In this document: positions 25,450 through 35,107 of the stretch, one piece after another | How the letters are laid out: each line of letters begins with the position of its first letter | Position numbering within the stretch: position 1 is the stretch's first letter | Notes under the pieces: generated by a model | What the model saw: the letters and a program-made list of their open reading frames with translations, nothing else | What the model was told of the DNA's origin: nothing | Databases searched by the model: none | Made by a program: the position numbers and the translations under genes | NCBI GenBank assembly: GCA_046484945.1 | Contig: JAWOHY010000242.1 | Coordinates: forward strand, 1-54,967 | DNA length: 54,967 bases | Source of the DNA: Bacteroidales bacterium | GTDB lineage: Bacteria > Bacteroidota > Bacteroidia > Bacteroidales > JAGOPY01 | Direction: 5' to 3'

Positions 25450-28245
25450 TCAACACTTTTCATTTTTTAGCTCAAGCATCACTTCAATCCGGCATGTTTT
25501 CTCCATGCTGTTTTCAACCAGTGTTTTATATGGAATGACCATTTCTGGTTGGTTGCCGCTGTTCATATTCAGTTGCCGGCCATTGATGATCACCTGGCTG
25601 ATCATGTAATCGGGATACGATAACTTATGATGGTTTTGGTAATGAACGTGTATGCGCAAATCCCTGAAATTCAAGCTAATCGAGGCCTGGCCCGACCCGT
25701 CAAAAAACGAGTGGTCGAGCCGGGGCTGCAGCAATAGGTCCCCAAACCGTCCGTCGACACCAAAGATCTGGGTGGTCAGTGTCAGCAACAGCCATGTAGA
25801 AGAACCGGTGAGATAAGCATAAGCTCCCCTGTCACCCGGTTCAAAATAAGAGGGTATGCCAGGAAAAATCAACGCCGTCGACGAGTCAGTGCTCAATCGT
25901 TGGATATCCCTGAAAAGCTCAAAACCCTGCTTGACAAATCCACGCTTATATAATCCGTACATCAGCATGATGTTCTGCTGGCTCCATTTGCTGCCATGTT
26001 CTTTATACCCGTAGGTAAAGCCCGTTATCCGTCCGATACTCAGGTTCAGCCGTTTGAAATCGGTACACAACCTGAGGCCGGGTGTATCAGGGTCCTTCAG
26101 GTACTTTTTCGACGACCTGAGCATTTCACTGATCTGCTCATCACCAGCTACCCCGCACATTACGGGCATCACCTGGGAGGTCAGATCCATCCGGACACCG
26201 TCGTCAGTATCTCCGTGCACGGGAAAGCCGTCATTATCATAATGTCCATTGAAGAAGCCATAGCCCTCTGATGTGATGGTCCATTCATTGTTGCGGATAT
26301 GTTCGACCATGTGGGCCGCCTTTTCCCGCAAATCGGCCATCAGATCAAGGATATTCACCTGTACCCTGTTACCCGAAACTTCATGCCGGACCTTCCGGAA
26401 AAAACGATTCAGCCTGTTTTGCTTAGCCTCAGGGAGATGATAATCCACCTCTGTCTGGTCTGGCAACCTGTCGAGCAGCAAAAGGATCTCTGAAAGCAGG
26501 TATATGGTATCATGACCATTTGCATGCAGGTATTCCAGGATATGGGCTATGGTCGACAGGTTATGGCTGTAGAAATTATGAAAGCAAACCGATTCGCCCT
26601 TCTCCCGGGCCATATCCAGGGTATCGTTCCAGTCGCCGCCTTCCAGCAGGAGGTTGTTATTTGCTCCTACATTGAAAAAAGCGGTGAGTTGTTGCACCAG
26701 CATGTGCTCTAATACGCTGCCTTCGTAAACCTTCCCATTTTCATCCAACTGCTGATATCCCTGCGAAGGGTTCCAGTGCTGGTCTTTGTTTTTACTACGG
26801 TGGGTAAAAACATCTTTCCAATAGGGCAGTTCTTTGAACAGGATCTCAGCATCACCGCTTTGCCGGATATAGAAATCAAGAACAAACACAGGCCAGGCGC
26901 CATGGTCGCACCAGGTCCGCGGCACGTTATTGCGATCGGCGATGAATTCGCCGGGCCTGGTACCGATAATGGTAGCATTGGAACCATCCAGCCGCACCCC
27001 CCTGAAGTTGTTCAGGATTTCCTCCCGGGCCCCGGCCGGATCAACCAGGAAAATGGAGAGCAGGTCCTGCCAGAGGTCTCGCCATCCCCTGCCGCCGCGA
27101 CCGTATCCGAAATCGGGGAGATAGGAATTCCCGAAAATCTGCCGGCACTTCAACTGGAATGCCACCCACTTGACCCAGTTATCAAAGATCTGGTCGCCGG
27201 TGTTAAAAGTAACGGTGGTGGCAACTTTTTGCCAGTAGCCCAGCGTATGCTGCAGGTGCAGATCAAATTTTTCGGCGCTGCCATACTTTTCCCCCCAATC
27301 GCCAATGTCATTTTCATTATCTGTAATCCCGTGAATGATAATATAATCAGCAACCTCACCCGGGGCCAAGGTTTTCTCCCGATATCGCATGGCTCCGATG
27401 GCTTCCCTGCCATCGACGGCACCTTCCCCGTAAACCGGGGCCGGCAGGTGATTGAAAACCGCTTCGGGATTGTCAAGGCTTCCCCCCTCACCGATAAAAT
27501 CAGCCATCACAGGCCATATTTCCGGCGGCCGGTTACCATTTCCCTCGAAGCCCAGCACCGCGTAATTCATTTGATTCATCGCATGGCCGTGTTCATCATG
27601 CACGATGGATGGCCTGACGCGTACACCATGTTTTTCAATGAAGACCTTCTGAAACATCGTGGTCACCTGCCGGTGATCCCTGAAATTATCGGCATGCCGG
27701 CCAAAGATCGGTGTGGCTGAGGCAGGAGTGAAAGTAATGGTTTCATCAGAAATATTTTTAATCGAAACCTTCATCAATTCAACGAAATCTGCGGTATGGG
27801 GAACAAAAACCGTCACCTCGCTTTCTATGCCGGGCTGTGCATTTTTCCTCCTGAGGACGAATGCCCCGATATGCCCCTCTACTTCCGACTCATCGCGGAG
27901 CGACGTCCACTTTTCCGCTTTCTGAAATGCGCTGTTCCCCGATACAGACCATGGTTTTCCAGCCTTAACCGCAACCCAGAAATTCCTGCCCGACACATTC
28001 CTGTGCAACTCTTCAGTAACGGTTGCCGCGGTCAGATAATGCTGAAAAGAAGAAACGATGTCGCCTTTCAATTCCGGGGTAACCGAACATTTCATCCCAT
28101 GTTCGTTCATCAGCGGAAAATAAAGACGGGAGATGTAGTCTGCAAACGGGACTATAAATGAGCCGTCATTTCGGGGAGTGAACTTCCACAGCGGGCCTTT
28201 TTTTTCCTTCGCCGCGATTCCTCCGTATGTGTTATGCAAATCCAT
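25450..28245 (-). CDS. GH94-like glycoside phosphorylase (COG3459 type), candidate laminaribiose / beta-1,3-oligoglucan phosphorylase, cytoplasmic
   Basis: 931 aa with no signal peptide. FGYGRGGRGWRDLWQDLLS matches the GH94 GRGxGxRDxxQDLL phosphate/substrate motif. LLEGGDWNDTLDMA matches the catalytic-Asp DWND motif. Context is a beta-glucan PUL. Confidence 0.75.
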   Translation of the reverse strand: MDLHNTYGGIAAKEKKGPLWKFTPRNDGSFIVPFADYISRLYFPLMNEHGMKCSVTPELKGDIVSSFQHYLTAATVTEELHRNVSGRNFWVAVKAGKPWSVSGNSAFQKAEKWTSLRDESEVEGHIGAFVLRRKNAQPGIESEVTVFVPHTADFVELMKVSIKNISDETITFTPASATPIFGRHADNFRDHRQVTTMFQKVFIEKHGVRVRPSIVHDEHGHAMNQMNYAVLGFEGNGNRPPEIWPVMADFIGEGGSLDNPEAVFNHLPAPVYGEGAVDGREAIGAMRYREKTLAPGEVADYIIIHGITDNENDIGDWGEKYGSAEKFDLHLQHTLGYWQKVATTVTFNTGDQIFDNWVKWVAFQLKCRQIFGNSYLPDFGYGRGGRGWRDLWQDLLSIFLVDPAGAREEILNNFRGVRLDGSNATIIGTRPGEFIADRNNVPRTWCDHGAWPVFVLDFYIRQSGDAEILFKELPYWKDVFTHRSKNKDQHWNPSQGYQQLDENGKVYEGSVLEHMLVQQLTAFFNVGANNNLLLEGGDWNDTLDMAREKGESVCFHNFYSHNLSTIAHILEYLHANGHDTIYLLSEILLLLDRLPDQTEVDYHLPEAKQNRLNRFFRKVRHEVSGNRVQVNILDLMADLREKAAHMVEHIRNNEWTITSEGYGFFNGHYDNDGFPVHGDTDDGVRMDLTSQVMPVMCGVAGDEQISEMLRSSKKYLKDPDTPGLRLCTDFKRLNLSIGRITGFTYGYKEHGSKWSQQNIMLMYGLYKRGFVKQGFELFRDIQRLSTDSSTALIFPGIPSYFEPGDRGAYAYLTGSSTWLLLTLTTQIFGVDGRFGDLLLQPRLDHSFFDGSGQASISLNFRDLRIHVHYQNHHKLSYPDYMISQVIINGRQLNMNSGNQPEMVIPYKTLVENSMEKTCRIEVMLELKNEKC

Positions 28246-28282
28246 ATGAGCTGATCAGTATACCAACAGTTGCGATGAAGTT

Positions 28283-29599
28283 TTAATTCCTCACATAGAA
28301 AGGAATATTGGCTGTTGCAGCATTATTATGGCCATCAAAGGCATAGACAAACAGGCGATAGGCCCCCGGTTGCGAGGGTGCGGCGGCTGTCATCTCGTTT
28401 TCCCCCGATTGGTGTTTGAAAACCGTGGGCTGTCGCTGTTCAAAATCTCCGCCGTCGCTCTGCAGGTGTTCCGGCACCTCAGGAATGATTTCCCACTTGT
28501 ATAGCAACGGATCCCCGTCAGGATCTTCCACCAGGGCTGTTGCACTGAATGTTTCACCAGGGCCGAGATAAATATTGTCGTATGCTGTATTATTGTTCAG
28601 CAGGAAAGATTTAAGCTGCGGAGACCTGTTGTCAGGCCATTGACCTGTCCAGACGAACTGCATAACATCGACCGATTCAGTGTTTTCACCTGTTTCCAGG
28701 AACATCCCGTACCATGTGGGGGTTCGTTCCTGCTTCTGTCCCCATAAAAAAACGAAGGATCCGATACACTGCCCGTTATGCGCTGCAATCACCTTCTCAT
28801 ATCTTTCCCGGTAGGCCAGGGCTTTTTCATGGCTGGTTTGTTCAATCGGCACGCCCCATTCTGTCAGGGCAACCTCCCAATGACCCGTCGCCCCCCATTC
28901 AGAAATGATGTAAGCACCGGTATACCCACTTTCAGCAATATACTTCGGAAGGTTCATAATGTCCCCATAAATTTGAAAACTCAGAAAATCAATGGCCGGG
29001 CAACGTTCCATCACATATTCAACCTCTTGTTTTCCCGCCCCGGCAAACATGGTGGTTGTCGGATGATTCGGGTCGATCTCCTTGATCATCACCGCAATTT
29101 CATTCACGGCATCCCAGACCTTCGGATTGGAATAATGCAGATTCAGTTCGTTTCCAATTCCCCAGGCAAGCAAAGCAGGATGATCCTTGTACTTCATGAC
29201 CTCTTTTCTGGCATATTCCAGTTGCTCTGCCACGGCCTGCGCATCGTCGTAATCAAAACCATGGCGTTCCCGTCCGATTTCCAGCCCCATGCAAACCATC
29301 AAGCCATGAGCATGAGCCTGATCGAGCAACTCCTGGCCTGTCATAATATGGTTGTCCGTGCGCCATGTCCTCAGGGCATTCCCTCCATGCGACGCCAGGG
29401 CTTCAATATCGCCCCCTTCAAGCCCGGCCCCCTTTATAAAAAACGGCTGACCGTCACGATACAACACATAGCCATCCTTCTCTTTTTTTAGCGTTGCTTT
29501 CACAGGTCCGTCAGTCGTGATTACTTCCGAATGGTTGACGCAACCAGAAATAGCCAGTCCCAGCGCCAGTATGCAGGTAATGTTTTGTAGTGCTTTCAT
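28283..29599 (-). CDS. Clan GH-A (TIM-barrel) glycoside hydrolase lipoprotein with C-terminal Ig-like domain (GH158-like endo-beta-1,3-glucanase candidate)
   Basis: Lipobox LALGLAISGC. Acid/base region LLAWGIGNELNL and nucleophile region AYIISEWGATG. C-terminal beta-sandwich (YKWEIIPE...FVYAFDGHNN). The size and architecture fit GH158, but GH5 or a GH2-TIM fold cannot be excluded by eye. Confidence 0.7.
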   Translation of the reverse strand: MKALQNITCILALGLAISGCVNHSEVITTDGPVKATLKKEKDGYVLYRDGQPFFIKGAGLEGGDIEALASHGGNALRTWRTDNHIMTGQELLDQAHAHGLMVCMGLEIGRERHGFDYDDAQAVAEQLEYARKEVMKYKDHPALLAWGIGNELNLHYSNPKVWDAVNEIAVMIKEIDPNHPTTTMFAGAGKQEVEYVMERCPAIDFLSFQIYGDIMNLPKYIAESGYTGAYIISEWGATGHWEVALTEWGVPIEQTSHEKALAYRERYEKVIAAHNGQCIGSFVFLWGQKQERTPTWYGMFLETGENTESVDVMQFVWTGQWPDNRSPQLKSFLLNNNTAYDNIYLGPGETFSATALVEDPDGDPLLYKWEIIPEVPEHLQSDGGDFEQRQPTVFKHQSGENEMTAAAPSQPGAYRLFVYAFDGHNNAATANIPFYVRN

Positions 29600-29636
29600 A
29601 TTCAGGTTTGTATTAATAATTGATTAAAATGATTTT

Positions 29637-31208
29637 TCATTTATGTTTTTCTTTCACCAGAATGGTTTCCAGCTCCTCGAGCGATTTATTTTTCGTTTCG
29701 GGCAATAAGACCATGATGAATATCAGTCCGACAACAGCAAATATACCATAGATCAGGAAAGTCATTGAACTACCCAGGACAGACAATTCCCAGGGGAAGA
29801 CCAGTTGTACGAGAAAGCTCACGCCGGAGTTGAAAAAACCGACGAAGGATATGGCAACACCGCGAATCCTGTTGGGGAACAACTCCGAAAAGAGCACCCA
29901 CATCACCGGCCCCAGTGAAATAGCAAAAGAGGCCACAAAACCAATGATCCCGATCAGGATCAGCAGCGCATTCATGCTGATGGCAGCGGTGATCAGGTTG
30001 GATTCGAATTCTTTGGCCTGCGCGATACCAATGGCATCCTCCATGGCATTTTTAAAATCCACATCACTTTTGAATGTTTGACCTGCCAGTGGAGCCAGTT
30101 GTGATATCTCGATACTTGCAGGAAGGGACCGGATCGAATCCTCCGTCAGGGTATAGGTGGCCGAATGAAAGCCCCAGGCCAGGATGAACATGCTGACAGC
30201 AATTCCCGATACCCCAAAACCCAGCAGTATCTTCCGTCCGAACCTGTCGATGAACAGGATGGCAAGGATGGTAAAAACCAGATTCGTCAACCCCACCAGG
30301 ATGGCCTGTATAAATGATGCATCGGTGCCTATTCCCGATTGTTCAAAGATCATCGGGGCATAGAAGAACACCGAATTTATACCTGTGATCTGCTGCAGGA
30401 CAGCGATCACGATGCCTATGGTTAACACCAGGCGCAAGGCAGGTTTGAACAATTCAGAAAGGGGCACTTTCTTTTTACCGGTTTCTTCAGAGATGGATGC
30501 CTTGACGGCAGCCATATCGATTCGCGCCTGTTCTTCCGATGATACTTTTGCCATTATTTTCCCCGCCGCTGCTTCCTCACCTTTCATGATCAGCCAGCGG
30601 GGGCTTTCGGGTACCATGAGCAGAAGCATAAAATAGCTTATCGCGGGAAGAGTTTCCAAACCCAGCATCCAGCGCCAGTTAAAATCCTCCAGTCTTAAGG
30701 CCTGCGACCATGCACTGCCGGATTGCCCCCATCTCAGGATCAGGTAATTGGTGAAAAAAGCCACCGAGATACCCAGTACGATATTAAGCTGGTTGAACGA
30801 GACCATTCGTCCGCGCAGTGCCGGGGGGGATATCTCCGCGATATACATGGGCGCAATGATCAATGAGGCTCCTACCCCGAATCCGCCGACCATGCGGGCG
30901 ATGACAAGCCACGCAAACGAGGGGGCCAGGGCGGAGGCAATGGCTGATACGGCATAAAACACCGCGGCGTACTGAAGGATGACCTTGCGGCCAAATGCCG
31001 TACTCAGCGGGCCCGCTATCATCATGGCCAGGGTTGCCGATAAAGTGAGCGAGCTGACGGCCCATCCTAACTGTAATTTAGTCAGCAGGAACTCCGGTTC
31101 GATAAATTTCACCACACCGGATATCACCGAGGCGTCAAATCCCATCAGGAAGCCTCCCATGGCCACGATGAGCGAAATTTTTACGGTATATTTTTGTTGT
31201 CGGGTCAT
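29637..31208 (-). CDS. MFS sugar porter (sugar:H+ symporter family) with an extra ~60-aa loop
   Basis: GFDASVISG, GRKVIL, PESPRWL and PETKNKSLEELE sugar-porter signatures. A hydrophilic insertion runs HSATYTLTEDSIRSLPASIEISQL...EFESN. Confidence 0.9.
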   Translation of the reverse strand: MTRQQKYTVKISLIVAMGGFLMGFDASVISGVVKFIEPEFLLTKLQLGWAVSSLTLSATLAMMIAGPLSTAFGRKVILQYAAVFYAVSAIASALAPSFAWLVIARMVGGFGVGASLIIAPMYIAEISPPALRGRMVSFNQLNIVLGISVAFFTNYLILRWGQSGSAWSQALRLEDFNWRWMLGLETLPAISYFMLLLMVPESPRWLIMKGEEAAAGKIMAKVSSEEQARIDMAAVKASISEETGKKKVPLSELFKPALRLVLTIGIVIAVLQQITGINSVFFYAPMIFEQSGIGTDASFIQAILVGLTNLVFTILAILFIDRFGRKILLGFGVSGIAVSMFILAWGFHSATYTLTEDSIRSLPASIEISQLAPLAGQTFKSDVDFKNAMEDAIGIAQAKEFESNLITAAISMNALLILIGIIGFVASFAISLGPVMWVLFSELFPNRIRGVAISFVGFFNSGVSFLVQLVFPWELSVLGSSMTFLIYGIFAVVGLIFIMVLLPETKNKSLEELETILVKEKHK

Positions 31209-31220
31209 TGTTTACTGATG

Positions 31221-33500
31221 TTACTTCAATGTAAACGGTAAGCTTAATAATGCTTCGGAACTACCTCCAATCCACAATATGAATTCCCCTGGCTCAACGA
31301 TATAATTGCCGTTCTGGTCATAAAATCCAAGCCGGTCGGGTGAAAGCCTGAAATTCACCGCCCGGCTTTCTCCGGGCTTCAGGCGGATCCTTTTAAAATC
31401 TTTCAATTCCTTTACCGGCCGGGTAATGGAAGCTGCCAGGTCGCGTATATAAAGCTGCACCACTTCTTCTGCTTCAAAATCGCCTGTATTGGAAAGAGTT
31501 ACCTGGATGTCAAGTGTCTCGTCTTTCATCAGTTCATCGGCAGAGATTTTTAGATCAGAATATTCAAATTCGGTGTATGACAATCCATAACCAAAAGGGT
31601 AGAGCGGTTCAAATCCCACATCGAGGTAATGGCTGGTGTTTCCCAGGGAGGTTTGAAAACCGCGCACCGGTATGTCATCGATGTGCACAAAGGATTCCTT
31701 GCTGAAGGGTCTTCCGGTATTCTTATGGGCATAATACATCGGGATCTGTCCGGGCGCTTTGACGAAAGTCACCGGCAGTTTCCCGGAAGGCGACTCCAGG
31801 CCGAAAAGCACATCTGCGAGGGCGGGCCCCGCCATAGTCCCCGGGTGCCAGGCATACAATACAGCATCGGCATATTCCGATATCTCGCCAATGGTCAGGG
31901 GGCGGGGTGTCATGATGACCAGTATCAATGGTTTTCCGGTTTTTGCCATCTCCATGACCAGTTCATTCTGGGCGCCGGGCAGGTCAAGGTATGCCCTGCT
32001 GTGGGCTTCCCCTGTGATGATGGATTCTTCGCCCAGAAACATGATAACGGCCGTTGCCCCGGCCGCCGCCTGACGGGCTTTATCAAATCCACTTTTTTCG
32101 AAGCTCCGGGTATGGCTGAGGCCTTTGGCATGATATACCCTGTTGTTACCAAGCAAATCCTGCAACCCCATCAGGGGTGTGATGCTCAGGTTGGTGTCGC
32201 CGTCAAATATCCAGGTTCCCAGCTGTTCGTAACGGTCATGAGCCATCGGGCCGATAACCGCTACTTTCTCCATTTCCCGTTTCAGTGGTAATACCCGCTT
32301 ATGATTTTTCAGGAGGACGAAGCTCTGAAGCGCCATTTCCCTGGCTGCTTCAAGATGTGAAGCGGGCGGAGAAAAGATAATGCTGTCCTGGTCCACGTAG
32401 GGCTTATCGAATAACCCCAGATCGAGCTTAACCCTCAAAATCCTGCGTACGGCATCGTCTATCAGGTCCTCTGAGATCATCCCGGTTTTGACAAGTTCTT
32501 CCAGATGATCTTCATAGGATGAACTGGCCATCTCCATATCGACGCCCGCGCGTAATGCTTTGTATGCAGCTTCCCGGTCATCGGCGGCAAAGCCATGTTC
32601 CTTCATCTCCACTACCGAAGCCCAGTCGCTGACAACAAACCCGTTGAACTGCCAGCGATCTTTCAATATATCCCTGAACAGGAAAGCGTTACCGGATGCC
32701 GGAATGCCATTCAGCTCGTTAAAACCGGTCATAAACGTAGCAATTCCCGCATCGCTCAAAGCCCGGAACGGCCTGAGGTGAATGTTCCAGAGGTCCACAT
32801 CCGGGATACTGGTGGTATTATAATCCCTGCCCCCTTCGGCGGCGCCATACCCGGCAAAATGTTTGGCACAGGCGGCCATGGTATACGGCAATCGTAAATC
32901 ATCACCCTGGAACCCATTCATCACGGCAAGGCCCATTTCAGTTACCAGGAACGGATCTTCGCCGAAACTCTCGGCCATCCTCCCCCATCGCGGATCGCGT
33001 GATATATCGACCATGGGCGCAAAATTCCAGTTCAGGCCCACACTGCCGGCCTCCCTTGCCGCAATTTGCGCCCCGTATGTTACCAACGCCGGATTGAAAG
33101 TAGCCGCCTGGCCGATATTGATGGGAAAGATCGTTTTAAATCCGTGAATCACATCCCTTCCAAACAGCAATGGTATCCCAAGTCTGCCCTGTTCGACGGC
33201 TGTCTCCTGGAATTTCCGGATCATCTCCGGATGGGCCTCATTGAGTATGGCGCCCACCTGACCGTTGCGAAGTTTGTCCATAAGCCATTCGTTATCAAAT
33301 CTTCCCGGGCTATGGACAACCTGCATCTGGCCGACTTTCTCCGCCAGTGTCATTTCCTTCAGCAGGTTGTCAATAAACCGTTCATTCTGATCAACCCGGG
33401 AAGGAGATGAACATCCGGCCAATAAGATAGAGATGCAAGCAAAAAATATGATTTGCAGGATTTTCTTTGACGTTATGGATACAGCAGGTGACATAATCAT
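31221..33500 (-). CDS. GH3 beta-glucosidase, lipoprotein
   Basis: Lipobox ILLAGC. GH3 motifs GRDVIHG, KHFAGYGAAEGGRDY and nucleophile GFVVSDWAS. C-terminal Fn3-like domain. Confidence 0.93.
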   Translation of the reverse strand: MIMSPAVSITSKKILQIIFFACISILLAGCSSPSRVDQNERFIDNLLKEMTLAEKVGQMQVVHSPGRFDNEWLMDKLRNGQVGAILNEAHPEMIRKFQETAVEQGRLGIPLLFGRDVIHGFKTIFPINIGQAATFNPALVTYGAQIAAREAGSVGLNWNFAPMVDISRDPRWGRMAESFGEDPFLVTEMGLAVMNGFQGDDLRLPYTMAACAKHFAGYGAAEGGRDYNTTSIPDVDLWNIHLRPFRALSDAGIATFMTGFNELNGIPASGNAFLFRDILKDRWQFNGFVVSDWASVVEMKEHGFAADDREAAYKALRAGVDMEMASSSYEDHLEELVKTGMISEDLIDDAVRRILRVKLDLGLFDKPYVDQDSIIFSPPASHLEAAREMALQSFVLLKNHKRVLPLKREMEKVAVIGPMAHDRYEQLGTWIFDGDTNLSITPLMGLQDLLGNNRVYHAKGLSHTRSFEKSGFDKARQAAAGATAVIMFLGEESIITGEAHSRAYLDLPGAQNELVMEMAKTGKPLILVIMTPRPLTIGEISEYADAVLYAWHPGTMAGPALADVLFGLESPSGKLPVTFVKAPGQIPMYYAHKNTGRPFSKESFVHIDDIPVRGFQTSLGNTSHYLDVGFEPLYPFGYGLSYTEFEYSDLKISADELMKDETLDIQVTLSNTGDFEAEEVVQLYIRDLAASITRPVKELKDFKRIRLKPGESRAVNFRLSPDRLGFYDQNGNYIVEPGEFILWIGGSSEALLSLPFTLK

Positions 33501-33531
33501 TTAGTTAGCCGGGTGCCAATCAGCATACGGG

Positions 33532-35088
33532 CTAATAGCCGGTGTTTTGCTTCAGCACGCCTCCCGATATGTCAATTTCCCTCTGCGGGATTGGCAGGAA
33601 GCCCTTTGGGCCGCTGTTGAAAGTTACATCGAATATGACCTGTTCCCCGATATAATTGGGCCCCCGTAAACCGACGGATGTCAGTTCCTGGCTGGCATAG
33701 CTCAATCCGCGGCGGATCACATCAAAATAGCGCAGCCCTTCAAGGGATAGTTCCAGTCTTCTCTCCTTGTAAATATTTTCGAATGTTGCCGGGATACTTC
33801 CCAGTCCAACCCTTGCCCTGACACGGTCCAGATATTGCTGTGCGTTGGGGCTGCCCAGCTCAGCAGCCATCAGGAGCACGTCTGAAAAGCGGATAACCCG
33901 GAAATTGCAGGTCCGGTTGAGTTCGAACTGCCCGCCGCCTCCCCAGTGTTCGGCATCGGAGCTGTATTTTTTAGAATAATACCCGGTATGCTGGTACCCC
34001 TTGGTTAGGCTGCCATCGAGTTCCTCTTCAAAGAGGACGGTTTTTTCTAATCGGGGGTCACCCTCCATGTCATTGACAAGTTTCTGGCTGACGGTGCCGA
34101 AGCTCCATCCCCTGTTCCAGTTGCTGGAACCTGTTACCCTGGGCCCCTGCATTTGCGCTGCCAGGTTGCCTTCGCCTCCCTCCACATAATCCCAATCCCA
34201 CCACGGAGGGGTGTCACCGTATGAAATTTCAAAAACGGATTCGACCCCAAATTCTCCGGCCAGCTTGAAATTCTGGGAATATTCGCTGAACAGGTCGTGC
34301 CCGCTGTTAGCAATCAGATCCTCGAGATAACCCAGGACCAGGGCTTGGTTCACCACAGTCCCACCGGCATTGAGGTCGGCATTGTAAACCCCGTTATAGA
34401 ATAAATACACCCTGGCCAGTAATGCTTTGGCCGCCCATTTACTTATTCTTCCGTATTCGGCCGGCGGCATCATTCCCGGCAGGACGTCAGCGGCGTCCAC
34501 CAGGTCGCTGGCAATCTGATCATACACTTCAGCCGGTGTATTTTGCTCCTGGTCATATTCGGAAGGCCCTTTGATGGTTTCCGTCAGTAAAGGGATATTA
34601 TCAAAGAAACGCACCTGTTCGAAGTAGAAATAAGCCCTTAAAAACTTGCATTCGGCGATGATCCGCGTTTTAAATTCTTCTGAGGCATCGATTTCATCTA
34701 TTTTTTCAAGCAATAGATTGGCCCTGTAAATGCCAAAATAGTTCTTGATCCAGATGGCATGCACGATTTTGTTGGTGGTAGGGATACTAAAAGTATTGAG
34801 TTCATTTTCGTCCATTCCGTCATTGGCATCGGCCCCACCGGCGAATGCATCATCCGATAAAATATCGGACATCGTCAGGAAAGGAGCCCATGACACATTC
34901 ACTATCGATTGATAACCCAGCGCATCATAAACGGCAACCAGCGCCTGCATGGCATCTTCTTCCGTTTGGTAAAAGTTAGATGACACTTCCCGGTCCAGTG
35001 GCTGCCGGTCCAGGAAATCTTTTTCACAGGCATTCAGCAGGAACAGGATCGCTGTTGCAACAATGATATATAAGATATTCTTTTTCAT
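33532..35088 (-). CDS. SusD/RagB-family nutrient-binding outer-membrane lipoprotein
   Basis: Lipobox LLNAC followed by EKDFLDRQPLD. TPR-like SusD sequence features. Sits immediately downstream of SusC. Confidence 0.92.
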   Translation of the reverse strand: MKKNILYIIVATAILFLLNACEKDFLDRQPLDREVSSNFYQTEEDAMQALVAVYDALGYQSIVNVSWAPFLTMSDILSDDAFAGGADANDGMDENELNTFSIPTTNKIVHAIWIKNYFGIYRANLLLEKIDEIDASEEFKTRIIAECKFLRAYFYFEQVRFFDNIPLLTETIKGPSEYDQEQNTPAEVYDQIASDLVDAADVLPGMMPPAEYGRISKWAAKALLARVYLFYNGVYNADLNAGGTVVNQALVLGYLEDLIANSGHDLFSEYSQNFKLAGEFGVESVFEISYGDTPPWWDWDYVEGGEGNLAAQMQGPRVTGSSNWNRGWSFGTVSQKLVNDMEGDPRLEKTVLFEEELDGSLTKGYQHTGYYSKKYSSDAEHWGGGGQFELNRTCNFRVIRFSDVLLMAAELGSPNAQQYLDRVRARVGLGSIPATFENIYKERRLELSLEGLRYFDVIRRGLSYASQELTSVGLRGPNYIGEQVIFDVTFNSGPKGFLPIPQREIDISGGVLKQNTGY

Positions 35089-35107
35089 AATGGATGATGT
35101 TTTTCAA

